In this document: positions 19,573-29,148 of the stretch, in pieces
How the letters are laid out: every line of letters starts with the position of its first letter
How positions within the stretch are numbered: the first letter of the stretch is position 1
Assembly (NCBI GenBank): GCA_963668355.1
Contig: OY764265.1
Coordinates: 2,496,001 to 2,560,000 of the forward strand
Source: Bdellovibrionota bacterium
GTDB lineage: Bacteria; Bdellovibrionota_G; JALEGL01; DATDPG01
DNA length: 64,000 bases
Direction of reading: 5' to 3'
Program-made: the position numbers and the translations under genes
Notes under the pieces: model-generated
Seen by the model: the letters and a program-made list of their open reading frames with translations, nothing else
Database searches by the model: none
What the model was told of the DNA's origin: nothing

Positions 19573-21699
19573 TCACTTCTGAACTGCATCTGTTGTCGGA
19601 GTTTTGGGGACGGGACGACTGAACGAATCCTCTCTGGGATCACTGCAATTTAAACTGCTCGGAAAGAGGTTTCGGTCCAGACCAACCCACGTGAATTTTT
19701 GTCCGATGTTATCTTGGGAGAACATATCTCCGTGTCGCAATTGAAAGAAGTACATGCCGTCTGCGAGGGGTTCCATGAAAGAATTAAATCCATGATAGCC
19801 CAGCCCCACACTTGGACCCAATAGATCAGGGTCAAGCTGATCGGGATAGGCTGGATATCCAAAATAGGACAGCTCGGATCCTTGAGATCGAGGAACCGGT
19901 CCATGGGAAGCCCAGGAATACAAACGATGGCCCTGAACATCCAAGATGGAAGCCGTCAAATAGGAATATTGCTTGGGAGCCGAGGGGTATCCAATTTTAA
20001 AACCCCGCGCGGTGCAATTGTCTTCCAAGTCATTGGGATTGGGAAACGTACATCCATAACTATTGCAGGCCCCTTCATATCCCGTTGTGATTGCGTTGGC
20101 TTGTCCCACACGTTCGTTTAGGGCGTCGATGAGAACCACAGCGTCATCGATGTAGTTCGGTCCGTCCATATTTGGATGCCATCCGGCAGGAGCCGGCATA
20201 CCGTAGGGAAGTGCCGAGGTACACATTCGGCCATAAAGACCTTCGGCTGCACAACCCTGAATTCCGCCGGTGTCGTTGTCATAGAAGTCAGGAAGTTTTG
20301 CAAACGTATGCCCAAACTCGTGAATCAAGACCTCACCGCTTCTTCGATTCGTATTTTCTCGTTGGAGAAAGACGATGTCTTTGTTGAGCACATTGTCTGC
20401 GTCTCCCATGAGATACGCGAAAATCAAATCTGTTGCTTGCGTAGGTTGTGTTCCCACATGAGAGCGCCAATAATTGTCCGCATCACTGTCGGGTTCTCCT
20501 CCATCCGTAAAGACAACAATGTGGTCCGCGCCATTGGGAAATGCCAATGTTTTTTGACGAATGCTTGGTACATCACATTGAAAGCGGTTTTCGTGTGAAT
20601 TTCGCAGGCGCATGGCGATGTCCGAAGGGGCATGCAGTACGAGAAAGGATGCTAAGGCCGTTATTGGATTGAGAGACGCTAAACCTGCCATAACCGATAT
20701 CACATGCGCGGTGGTCACCGCGGTTGGGTCGGCACCACAAATGGGATCCCAGGCCCCGTTAACCAAACATTTTTCACACGAAAGGCCATCGATCGAACGC
20801 TTGGCATCCAAACGGAACGAGGGGGCATAATTATTTAAAATGGGTTCTTCTTCGAAAAAGTACTGGGTCGTGCGGAATACTTCGTCTCGATAAGTCGCCA
20901 TATTTTCCCATTTGTCCCCAATGTACGCGAGAGAGATGTTGTTCGGATCATCATCCCCCCAAACTCGCATCCAAGAAGTATTTCGGACCAAAAAAGCACT
21001 GGCATTGGAAATTCGAGTGGTTCCGGAATCCAATGAGCGTAAGCCTACTTTATAGGGAGTGGCGGAAGGTTGGGCATCAAGAGGGGAATACCAAACGACG
21101 CGCATTCGAAAGCGTCTTGGGGTTAATTCTTGGGGAGGAGCCGCGAATCGCAAACGATGCGCAGAAGATTCTAGGGGAATATGTCCGTACGCAAACTCAT
21201 CCGCATCGTTATTGGGAGCATCCGGTTGTTCGTGATATTCGGGAATGGTGTCGGCCACAACTTCCTCTCCATTGCGATGGAGAAAGGCCCGCAGTTGAGA
21301 GACATCCACATCATACGAGGCTCGAATATCAAATCTGGCCTCGAACTTTGTGCCGGGTCCGTACATGAGGTGATAACCGGGGGTAACCTTGGGGCTGGGA
21401 AAACTGCAAAGAACCACTCCGGACGAGGGGATGGAGTTGCAGGGATCTGGTGGCGCGGGATCGTGGATTGATCCTCCACCGCCGCCTCCACCACTGCCAC
21501 CTTCTCCGGGGATCATGACTCCCTCAAAGACGATGCCTTCAATGGTTCCCTGCGCTCTTATACCGGATGAAGTGCCTTCATCAACACTCTTGGTTGTGGG
21601 GTCAGAGCCTGTGGCACAGGAGGTCAAAAAAAGGATGGAGAAAAACAAGGCCGGGAATTCTTTGGGAAGGAAGGTTTGAATGGATTGAGAAAAAGTCAT
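19573..21699 (-). CDS. Lipoprotein zinc metallopeptidase, M64/M6-like
   Basis: LTSC lipobox; HEFGHTFAKLPDFYD zinc motif; start ATG 21699 with a GGAGG RBS. Confidence 0.7.
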   Translation of the reverse strand: MTFSQSIQTFLPKEFPALFFSILFLTSCATGSDPTTKSVDEGTSSGIRAQGTIEGIVFEGVMIPGEGGSGGGGGGGSIHDPAPPDPCNSIPSSGVVLCSFPSPKVTPGYHLMYGPGTKFEARFDIRASYDVDVSQLRAFLHRNGEEVVADTIPEYHEQPDAPNNDADEFAYGHIPLESSAHRLRFAAPPQELTPRRFRMRVVWYSPLDAQPSATPYKVGLRSLDSGTTRISNASAFLVRNTSWMRVWGDDDPNNISLAYIGDKWENMATYRDEVFRTTQYFFEEEPILNNYAPSFRLDAKRSIDGLSCEKCLVNGAWDPICGADPTAVTTAHVISVMAGLASLNPITALASFLVLHAPSDIAMRLRNSHENRFQCDVPSIRQKTLAFPNGADHIVVFTDGGEPDSDADNYWRSHVGTQPTQATDLIFAYLMGDADNVLNKDIVFLQRENTNRRSGEVLIHEFGHTFAKLPDFYDNDTGGIQGCAAEGLYGRMCTSALPYGMPAPAGWHPNMDGPNYIDDAVVLIDALNERVGQANAITTGYEGACNSYGCTFPNPNDLEDNCTARGFKIGYPSAPKQYSYLTASILDVQGHRLYSWASHGPVPRSQGSELSYFGYPAYPDQLDPDLLGPSVGLGYHGFNSFMEPLADGMYFFQLRHGDMFSQDNIGQKFTWVGLDRNLFPSSLNCSDPREDSFSRPVPKTPTTDAVQK

Positions 21700-21726
21700 G
21701 AATGAGTGCCTCCGACCCAACGCGAA

Positions 21727-21742
21727 TGCAATCACCACGCCA
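21727..21742 (-). promoter_or_regulatory. Sigma-54 promoter of the metallopeptidase
   Basis: TGGCGTGGTGATTGCA, GG-N10-GC. Confidence 0.6.
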
Positions 21743-21847
21743 GAAAAAAAAGCTTTGTTTCCAAAGGCTTAGAGGTGGTCGATGGTTGGAGGTAACTATT
21801 ACTTCAATATATCGGAACTTTTTTTCAGCCCTCGTTGGATAAAGGGA

Positions 21848-23173
21848 TTAGTCCTTGGAAGTCATGCATGCCGCAAATTGATCCAGCGCAAAATACGTCG
21901 CCGCTTGATTGATCTTTGTGAAAAAAGGGCTAACCAAGACGTTCATCAAATGGGTGTTGAGTTCTTGAAGGATCGTGTCTTGGGAGGTGCTGCCTAAAAC
22001 TGTGGCCAATTGCATGTCAATGGAGCGACCCCAAAGAACTGGAAAAAATTTTACTGCCAAAGCGAAACCTAAACTGCGTGTCAGGACCAGAGGACCCCAA
22101 GGGAAGTCCTTGTCACCAATGCTTTTTAAGTCAAAATGTTTGTCCCCTACATCTCGAAGAAGAAAGGTTCGAACATTGGAAATTCGTTTCCAATGGATCC
22201 AATTTTTCCAAAACCAGCGACTTTGATTGTAGTGGGAAAACATTCTTTGGCTCATGTCCGCATTCCAATTTAGGGCTTCGGGAATGATCCAGATTTTTTC
22301 GCGAAGGGACGGGTAAGCCCATTCAACACCCATGACGTTCCATTGTCCGATGTCGAGGTACCGCTTCAGAGCGTTTGGGTTAGAGGCGAATAGGATGCCG
22401 TCGTTTTCCGCAAAATGGGAAACCATCTCTGCGGATCCAGGGGCGCAGCTTGAAACGGGTTCCATGAAATCTCGAATGACGTTTTCTGAAGGAATGGGAT
22501 CCAGAAGTTCTTGAACGTTTTCTTCACTGACTGCGATGCTGGAAAGAACCATATTCCGGAAGTCTTGAAAAATGGTTTCAAGGGCTTCCTCGGATAGATA
22601 TCGAAGGTCGTTTTTTTCGAAGCGTTTTAAATCGATTTGCGTCAGAGCAAAGAATCGTGCGGATAGATTTTTTGAACCGAATTTTTCCGTTGCTAAGGCC
22701 TTCCACCAGGTGAGGACAATGGGAGTTTGCAAGAATAGCTTCCAATGTCTTCGACTCTCGGGAAATCCTTTTGGAAGAACTTTTCCTTCTAATCGTTGGG
22801 CAAGGGCTTGAGGGTTAAAAAAGGAGTTCATGGCCTCCCATAAGGAGGGAACGGCTGCCGCTTTTGAAAAGAATTCCCTCAAAACGCCAAAGCAAAAAGT
22901 TTCTTCTTCCTGAGTAAGGGAATCCGAAAAACAGGAAGCAGAGGAAGGAAAAGATAAAGTCTCCTGATTTGGAACTTGTTTGAACCTTGAAAACGTCTTG
23001 CTGGCCAGAGCTCCTTCTTCATAATCATAGTGAATGCGAGTTAAGTTGGGGAAATGTATTTCAGAAACCCTTCCCGAGGGATCTCGGAGAATCTTTAAAG
23101 ATCCGGTGGCGTAAGAAGTAGAAATCCAGGCCGAAATTAAAAAAAAGGCCAAAGGGAGTCGAAAAAACATCAT
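21848..23173 (-). CDS. Hypothetical exported protein
   Basis: 441-aa ORF with a signal peptide; one YD-like segment near the N-terminus. Confidence 0.6.
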   Translation of the reverse strand: MMFFRLPLAFFLISAWISTSYATGSLKILRDPSGRVSEIHFPNLTRIHYDYEEGALASKTFSRFKQVPNQETLSFPSSASCFSDSLTQEEETFCFGVLREFFSKAAAVPSLWEAMNSFFNPQALAQRLEGKVLPKGFPESRRHWKLFLQTPIVLTWWKALATEKFGSKNLSARFFALTQIDLKRFEKNDLRYLSEEALETIFQDFRNMVLSSIAVSEENVQELLDPIPSENVIRDFMEPVSSCAPGSAEMVSHFAENDGILFASNPNALKRYLDIGQWNVMGVEWAYPSLREKIWIIPEALNWNADMSQRMFSHYNQSRWFWKNWIHWKRISNVRTFLLRDVGDKHFDLKSIGDKDFPWGPLVLTRSLGFALAVKFFPVLWGRSIDMQLATVLGSTSQDTILQELNTHLMNVLVSPFFTKINQAATYFALDQFAACMTSKD

Positions 23174-23319
23174 GGCGGCGGTTTTTAATGCGATGCGTGG
23201 TTTCTGTCAACCACCCCTTGTGTGGGCGAAAAAAAGGATATTGGGGGGTTTCTTTTTACTTCGAAGGATGGTGGGATACGCTTTTTCTCAATTCATATTC
23301 CACGTCGGGAGATCCTTGT

Positions 23320-23784
23320 ATGAAAAAGATTATCAGCATTATTTCAGTCACTTATTTCGTGTTTGCAGCCTCCTTTGCAAGCGCGCATTGTGAAATGCCT
23401 TGTGGAATCTATGGGGATCAAGCTCGAATGGATGCCATGCAGGAAGATGCGGACACCATCGAGAAGGCCATGAAGAAAATTCAAGGACTCTCTCGAGAAA
23501 AGAAGACCAACTTCAATCAATTGGTTCGATGGATTCAAACCAAAGAAGATCATGCCAATAAAATTCAGGAAACCATATCCCAATATTTTCTAACCCAGAG
23601 GATTAAAGAGGGATTTGGAGAGAAAACCTATTCAGAGCTTTTGAAAAAGTCCCATCAGGTCTTAGTTTTGGCGATGAAAACTAAACAAGAAGTGAATCTC
23701 AATCACGTGAAAAATCTTAAGGCGGTCATTCATGACTTTGAACATATGTATGAGAAAGCCGTAGGGCAGAAGGCAAAAAAATGA
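23320..23784 (+). CDS. sodN: Nickel superoxide dismutase with a Sec-type signal peptide
   Basis: Ni-hook HCEMPCGIY immediately after an ASA cleavage site; start ATG 23320 with a GGAG RBS. Confidence 0.9.
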   Translation: MKKIISIISVTYFVFAASFASAHCEMPCGIYGDQARMDAMQEDADTIEKAMKKIQGLSREKKTNFNQLVRWIQTKEDHANKIQETISQYFLTQRIKEGFGEKTYSELLKKSHQVLVLAMKTKQEVNLNHVKNLKAVIHDFEHMYEKAVGQKAKK

Positions 23785-24623
23785 ATTCGTTCAAAAAGAA
23801 AGCACCCTTCTTTCTAGGGCTGCTTGCCCTTTCTTTTTTGGCGGTTTCTTTGGCTAAGGGGGAAGAAGCCTCTACGACGCAACAGACTCCCCTTGTTTTT
23901 CAAGAAAACTATGTTTTAAAAAGACCCCAAGAGCCTATTTCCTGGCTAGACGTGGATGTTGGAGTGTATTTCGGTTCAACCGTCGTGCATCGAGGTGCAA
24001 CCCTCTACAAAAAGCCGTTGATTTGGCCTTTTCCGGTTTTGAGGTTCTTGGATGATCGGATTCTTCTATCTTCGGACAAAGTTCTGGCTCAAAGCCGATG
24101 GTGGAAAAGGATGCAGTTTTTTGGGGGTGTTTCTTTATTTGAAGATCACGCCATTTTGCGTTTGTTTGGCGATCAAGAAGTATTTCGCCAATCTCGGAAG
24201 ACCTCTTTCGAGTTTTTTGGCGGGGTGAAATTCCGACACGACCCAGTTCTTTTGGGCGTGAGTTTTTTCCAAGATTTGAATTCTCATAAAGGACAGTTTG
24301 TGAGACTGGACTCCCGCGTGGATCTTTGGAAAGGAAGTTTGAACTCCTCGGTAAGGAGCATTGTTTTTGTGGATGGCGCTGTGGGATTGGGTTCGGAAAA
24401 ACATAATGAATATCTCTATGGCCCGGGCGGGGAAACCGGCCTGGCCTCCTGGCAGGCAGGCCTTGGAATGGAAATCTTTGACGTGTTTCCAAGCACCTAT
24501 GTGTCTCTAACGTTTTTGGGAACAGGGGTCCTTGGCTCGGCTAATCGATCCGGATCTCTGGTGGCGGATCAAAAAGACTCCCTCGTCGGAACCCTAACGT
24601 TCGCTTATCGCTTGCCCATTTGA
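23781..24623 (+). CDS. MipA/OmpV-like outer membrane beta-barrel
   Basis: Signal peptide, alternating beta pattern, GSEKHNEYLYG motif, aromatic C-terminal strand. Confidence 0.6.
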   Translation: MNSFKKKAPFFLGLLALSFLAVSLAKGEEASTTQQTPLVFQENYVLKRPQEPISWLDVDVGVYFGSTVVHRGATLYKKPLIWPFPVLRFLDDRILLSSDKVLAQSRWWKRMQFFGGVSLFEDHAILRLFGDQEVFRQSRKTSFEFFGGVKFRHDPVLLGVSFFQDLNSHKGQFVRLDSRVDLWKGSLNSSVRSIVFVDGAVGLGSEKHNEYLYGPGGETGLASWQAGLGMEIFDVFPSTYVSLTFLGTGVLGSANRSGSLVADQKDSLVGTLTFAYRLPI

Positions 24624-26101
24624 GCTTCTAACTCGGCTGCATTTTTGCAGATGCCTTCGTTTTGGGTCTCTTCGCATAGCTTTAGCAAAACGTGGTGGGC
24701 CTTGGGTAGATCCTCGTTTTCCAAATGGCGAATGACGAGATTTCGACCGGCCAAAAAGAAATACGGATCCTTTTCGATGGCCTGTTGATAGTGTCGCATT
24801 TCCAGGGTTCGATCTTCCATTCTTCGAAAATGCATGGCCATAAACCAATGGGGAAGGGGAGAAGCCGGTTGCATCTGAATGGCTCTACTCCACAACGTTT
24901 CTTCGTTTTTCCAAGCTCGGTTATGCTCTCGCGTAAGGAAAATCAATCCTCCGATTAAGATGAGGAATAAGGACGCAACGATTTTCTTTTGGTACGGAAT
25001 GGCTCGAAAAAAGCGAGATAGGTGTGGAGCCGTCAATGCCAGAAAAATAATGGCTCCCAAAAAGGGTAGGTAAAAATACCGTTCCCAAACTACGCCGATC
25101 GCATGAAGTCGAAGGCCGATGGGCAGAGCTGTAGCAAGAAAAAAAATGAGAGCGCATAGGTGGGCGACCCACTCCTGGGGTCGCAATCGTCTTCGAATGA
25201 AAAGCATCCACGAACCGAGGCAGCCGCAAATCAAAAAAAACACGAACACATCCCAAAACGTTGGGTTTCGGTAAGGAAAAATGGGGGAGGAGGTTTGCGG
25301 AAGAAAGAGAACTTCCCAGAACCGATTTGAAAACAAGATGAAATTGTTCCCAAAGGTGACCAAGGGGGGGAAGATGGATTGGGAATCCACGATCAGAAAA
25401 CGAATCCCCAAAGAAAGGCCAAGAATCGCAACGGAACCGATGGCCAGATTTCGTCCATTTTTTGAAATGAACCAGACGAACAGGGGGGTCAGAGGCAGTA
25501 GGAAAAAGAACTCCTTCGAAAAACAACCCAGGGGAATGAGAAGGAAGAACAAAAAGTACCAATGTATTCTCGGATGTTTTTTGGAAAAGAGATGAATATA
25601 CACCCAGAAGAAGGCCATTCCCCATAAGCCAATCAGAAGGTCCGCGCGCGATCCAACCCAAGAAACGGATTCCACGACGATGGGATGGATCAAAAATAAA
25701 GTAGATGCTCCTAAAGAAATTCCAACGCTGAGCCAGAAACGTAAGAATAGAAAAAGAAAAAAAGCGGTAAAAAAATGCAGCAAGTTGTTTGAAAGGTGAA
25801 AACCCCAAGGGTGGTCTCCGAATAGGGAGTGATCTAAAGCGTAAGAAACAAACACCAGGGGGCGATAGTAATCGTCAACATTTCCATTTTCAGCCGTACT
25901 TGAAATGACATTGTGGGAGAAGAAGTGAGGAAAGGAATTTAAGGTTCGGATGTAGGGGTTCGTTTCGACTTGATGATGATCGTCCGAAATCCAGTTTCCA
26001 TTCAAATTATTGGAAAAACCCAATCCCCAAATCACGAACAGGAAAACCAACGAAAATGGAAGAGAATGTTTCCTGATGAACGCTGTCGGAACTTTAAACA
26101 T
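24605..26101 (-). CDS. TMTC-like GT-C glycosyltransferase with C-terminal TPR
   Basis: DD motif, YYRPL, HPxxVESVSW..SR.DLL, SKE, ERYFYLP, W+NEETLW. Confidence 0.85.
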   Translation of the reverse strand: MFKVPTAFIRKHSLPFSLVFLFVIWGLGFSNNLNGNWISDDHHQVETNPYIRTLNSFPHFFSHNVISSTAENGNVDDYYRPLVFVSYALDHSLFGDHPWGFHLSNNLLHFFTAFFLFLFLRFWLSVGISLGASTLFLIHPIVVESVSWVGSRADLLIGLWGMAFFWVYIHLFSKKHPRIHWYFLFFLLIPLGCFSKEFFFLLPLTPLFVWFISKNGRNLAIGSVAILGLSLGIRFLIVDSQSIFPPLVTFGNNFILFSNRFWEVLFLPQTSSPIFPYRNPTFWDVFVFFLICGCLGSWMLFIRRRLRPQEWVAHLCALIFFLATALPIGLRLHAIGVVWERYFYLPFLGAIIFLALTAPHLSRFFRAIPYQKKIVASLFLILIGGLIFLTREHNRAWKNEETLWSRAIQMQPASPLPHWFMAMHFRRMEDRTLEMRHYQQAIEKDPYFFLAGRNLVIRHLENEDLPKAHHVLLKLCEETQNEGICKNAAELEAQMGKR

Positions 26102-26132
26102 GGATGTTTTCTACTCTAAACGATGTTGCGAA
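26003..26132. repeat. 130-bp direct repeat, copy 1 (5' end and upstream region of the GT-C gene)
   Basis: Matches 31286-31415 with one mismatch. Confidence 0.95.
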
Positions 26133-26230
26133 CGTTTCCTAAAAAGGAGTCGCCTCTTTTTAGGAAGCTCTTCCGAAACAACCGGAAGAAGGGATTTAGA
26201 AGTCTGAATATGGTATGAGACACACAGAGT

Positions 26231-27721
26231 GTGTGTATGACGGTAAGAATTTTCGGGAAGTTAAGAACCTTTTTAAGCTATTTAACGTGTCATCCGCTAT
26301 CCTGGCTGGGCTCCCTCGCCACGACCATGGGGGTTGTTTTTGCGGCAGTATATTTTTGGGTTGATCTCACACACACCTCCGAAAACCCATATTTAGGAGC
26401 CATTTTTCTTACAGTCGTTCCCCCCCTGTTCTTTGGCGGACTGGTTTTGATTCCACTGGGGATTTATTTTCGAGCCAAAAAAATCAAGAAGACTCAAGCA
26501 ACTGACACTCCACTTTCCACGGTTATTTTTAACATGGGAGACCTTCGCCAGCTCACCCCCACGATCGGGATTTTTCTGATTCTTTCCGTATTCAACGGGA
26601 TCATTGCTTTGGGAATTGCTCTGTCTGGTTATCACTATATGGACTCTTCGACGTTTTGTGGTCGAGTGTGCCACACGGTCATGAAGCCGGAATACACAGC
26701 TTATCAGAGATCCCCCCATGCACGTATCGATTGTGTGGACTGTCATATTGGAGAAGGGGCTGAGTGGTTCGTGCGATCCAAGCTCAGCGGAACCCGGCAA
26801 CTTTGGAATGTGGCCAGGGGAACTTACCAACGTCCCATTCCGGTTCCCATTGAGCATTTGCGTCCTGCTCGGGAAACTTGTGAGCAATGCCACTGGCCAG
26901 AAAAATTTCACGGGGGAAAACTCAAACTCATCCCTCATTTCGCTGAAGACAAGGAAAACACCAAATTATATACCGTCTTAATCCTCAATGTTGGGGGCGC
27001 GGGGGAAGGGCTCGGTGGAAGTGGTATTCACTGGCACGTAACTCGGGGAAATCAAGTCAAGTACGTTTCTGAAAAAGGCGAGCGCCAAAGAATTTTGTCT
27101 ATAACTCTGGAGCGTAAGGGTGAAGAGCCCATGGTCTACAAGTATGTCAATATGGAAAATCCAAAGGAAGTTTTTGAACGTAAGCATGAGCGCCTGATGG
27201 ACTGTGTGGATTGTCACAACCGTCCGACTCATATCTATGAGATTCCAGAAGAAGCCCTCGATCAGGCTATGGTCACGAACCCCAAATTTCAAAACATTCC
27301 ATGGTTTAAAAAAACGGGCTTAAGGATCCTTAAGACTTCCCACACCCGAGAAGAGATAGACTCCAAAATCATTAAGAAAAATCTTCTGGCTTGGTATCGA
27401 GATCGTCCAGAGCACGGGGTGAGTGTTAGCGATGAAGTTTTGGAAAGTGCTGGAGATGAACTTCAAAATATTTATGCGCGAAATATTTGGCCGGAGATGA
27501 ATATCACCTGGGGAACCTATCCCAGCCATTTGAGTCATATTCATTCCCCAGGGTGTTTTCGTTGCCACGACAACAATCATCGCACATCAGAAGGTGTTCC
27601 CATTAATGCAGATTGTCGGATTTGCCATGCCATCTTTGCCATCAAAGAAAAGAACCCACCAATCTTAAAACGATTAAGGGGAAAACAAATGGATAAAGCA
27701 GAATTTCTCCTAAAACGGTGA
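26231..27721 (+). CDS. Membrane-anchored NapC/NirT-family multiheme cytochrome c
   Basis: Three N-terminal TM helices; CGRVCH (CX3CH) plus five CxxCH (CVDCH, CEQCH, CVDCH, CFRCH, CRICH). Confidence 0.9.
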   Translation: MCMTVRIFGKLRTFLSYLTCHPLSWLGSLATTMGVVFAAVYFWVDLTHTSENPYLGAIFLTVVPPLFFGGLVLIPLGIYFRAKKIKKTQATDTPLSTVIFNMGDLRQLTPTIGIFLILSVFNGIIALGIALSGYHYMDSSTFCGRVCHTVMKPEYTAYQRSPHARIDCVDCHIGEGAEWFVRSKLSGTRQLWNVARGTYQRPIPVPIEHLRPARETCEQCHWPEKFHGGKLKLIPHFAEDKENTKLYTVLILNVGGAGEGLGGSGIHWHVTRGNQVKYVSEKGERQRILSITLERKGEEPMVYKYVNMENPKEVFERKHERLMDCVDCHNRPTHIYEIPEEALDQAMVTNPKFQNIPWFKKTGLRILKTSHTREEIDSKIIKKNLLAWYRDRPEHGVSVSDEVLESAGDELQNIYARNIWPEMNITWGTYPSHLSHIHSPGCFRCHDNNHRTSEGVPINADCRICHAIFAIKEKNPPILKRLRGKQMDKAEFLLKR

Positions 27722-28029
27722 GCCCCATGTAGTTCCGATGGCACACTGTTTAACTACTTAATTAAGTTTTGTGTCACCTTTGAGTTCTTCTTCTGTGGGC
27801 ATGGAGAAACGAATATCACAATATTCGTTAGTCCCCGAAGTGAATTTCATCATCGAATTCAAATGGATTTTAAGGCCGAAAATGAAAAAGGAGCCCGCGT
27901 CCTAAAAGATTTCCCTGCACCCATTTCTTTTTTCCTCGAAGACCCGAGACCGATTTCCAAACTCCTCTCATCCAAAAATCGGATTCAGTCGTGTGTCCCG
28001 CGATTCAAGGGAAATGGGAATTTGAACTT

Positions 28030-28428
28030 CATTTGGGACAGGCAACGAGGGAGGAGCGGGCCACTGTGCCACCGGGTTGGGTGAAACAGGTAGCAGGTGG
28101 TCAAGGGGCAAAGGAGTGCGCAGATGTTGAGATCAGTGACGAGAGTTATGTAGTGGATCCCCAGTATGACGAGGCAGCCGCAATAGGCACGTAGACTGAA
28201 TAGAAGAAAACATCATTTTGAAGGATAAGATGCACAGGTGTGCGAAAAACGGGGGCTTTGTGGTCATTCGTGGGGTTTCCAAAGAGATTCGAGATGTCAG
28301 GATGGGTGGATGGCGGGGGCAGGGCGTCAAAATTTTCAAAAAATGGGGGAAAGGCTCGATGCCTCAGGTTCAAGAATAGGAGCCAGGGGAAAGTTCGTGT
28401 CTACCGATGGGAAAGGAATTCCCTATAC
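28030..28428 (+). mobile_element. Probable 3' remnant of an IS91/ISCR-like element
   Basis: Frame reads HLGQATREERATVPPGW...YVVDPQYDE, resembling IS91-type transposase C-termini; GAATTCCCTATAC at 28416-28428 resembles oriIS. Confidence 0.45.
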
Positions 28429-28875
28429 GTAAAACCCGTTTGGTGGTGACGATCAATTCTTTTGTAAAGAGATTAATCCCTTGGCCGATAGTTGTTGGCA
28501 TCATGTTCAGGTTGTCTTAGCCGGAGGACCAGCAAGCTATGTGAATGTGGGTGTTTATCTCGTCACATCAAAGGTTAGAGCACCGATTTCTACCGACATT
28601 TTCCATCTTATGGTGCAACGAAATTGGCCAGGCCCACCCTTCAATCCTCCATGGCCACCGGCGGATAATGCTAAGGGAGAGTTCTGCTTACCCTAGTGAT
28701 TGGTGATCAAGGAGTTCCGGCGAAGGATTCTCCACGACGCATATAGCTCGTCTGTACCCAGTCACACCTGTTCAAATGGGGGAATCAGAGTTCTCATTGT
28801 TCCAGTCGCAAGAAAATACGCACAAAATCGGAAGCTCTTGAAAAAAGCATATTTTTCTCAGTCATTCTCGCCAGC

Positions 28876-28962
28876 TAGTTCCGGTGACACACAACTTAAT
28901 AGTTCAGGAGACACGATACTTAATTACTCACCGCGCAAATAAGTTTCGCGTCCCCGGAACTA
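28876..28962. repeat. REP-like palindromic element (TAGTTCCGG.GACAC...GTCCCCGGAACTA)
   Basis: Two tandem left arms and one right arm; related copies at ~27730-27780 and 31216-31283. Confidence 0.65.
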
Positions 28963-29091
28963 TACAAATGTGATCATAATTCTCTTCGGTTAGAGGCTGA
29001 ACACGAAAGAAAAAATTTTCGACATCCCCGTAGGGAAGAACTATGAGATACCCCTCTTCGGCCAAGTGTGGGTCCCGCGACTGTGCCGTAT

Positions 29092-29142
29092 CCATGCCGG
29101 TGGTCCCGTGGCGCGCTCCTCCCTCGTTGGCTGTCCCAAATG
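29092..29142 (-). mobile_element. Second IS91-like C-terminal remnant, inverted relative to 28030-28080
   Basis: 44/51 nt identity to 28030-28080 in inverted orientation; reads HLGQPTREERATGPPAW. Confidence 0.5.
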
Positions 29143-29148
29143 GCGTAT

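Noticed and set aside
21848..23173. RHS/YD-repeat toxin
   Set aside because: Only one YD-like segment; no RHS core or PxxxxDPxG motif.
24921..25808. 295-aa alternative-frame ORF within the GT-C gene
   Set aside because: It overlaps a well-supported gene on the same strand and has no motifs. The same applies to the long antisense ORFs within ppdK and smc.
27863..28942. Several 60-80 aa ORFs as intact genes
   Set aside because: No convincing RBS or start, and they are bounded by repeats. More likely fragments; 28481-28696 may be the C-terminus of a lost gene.
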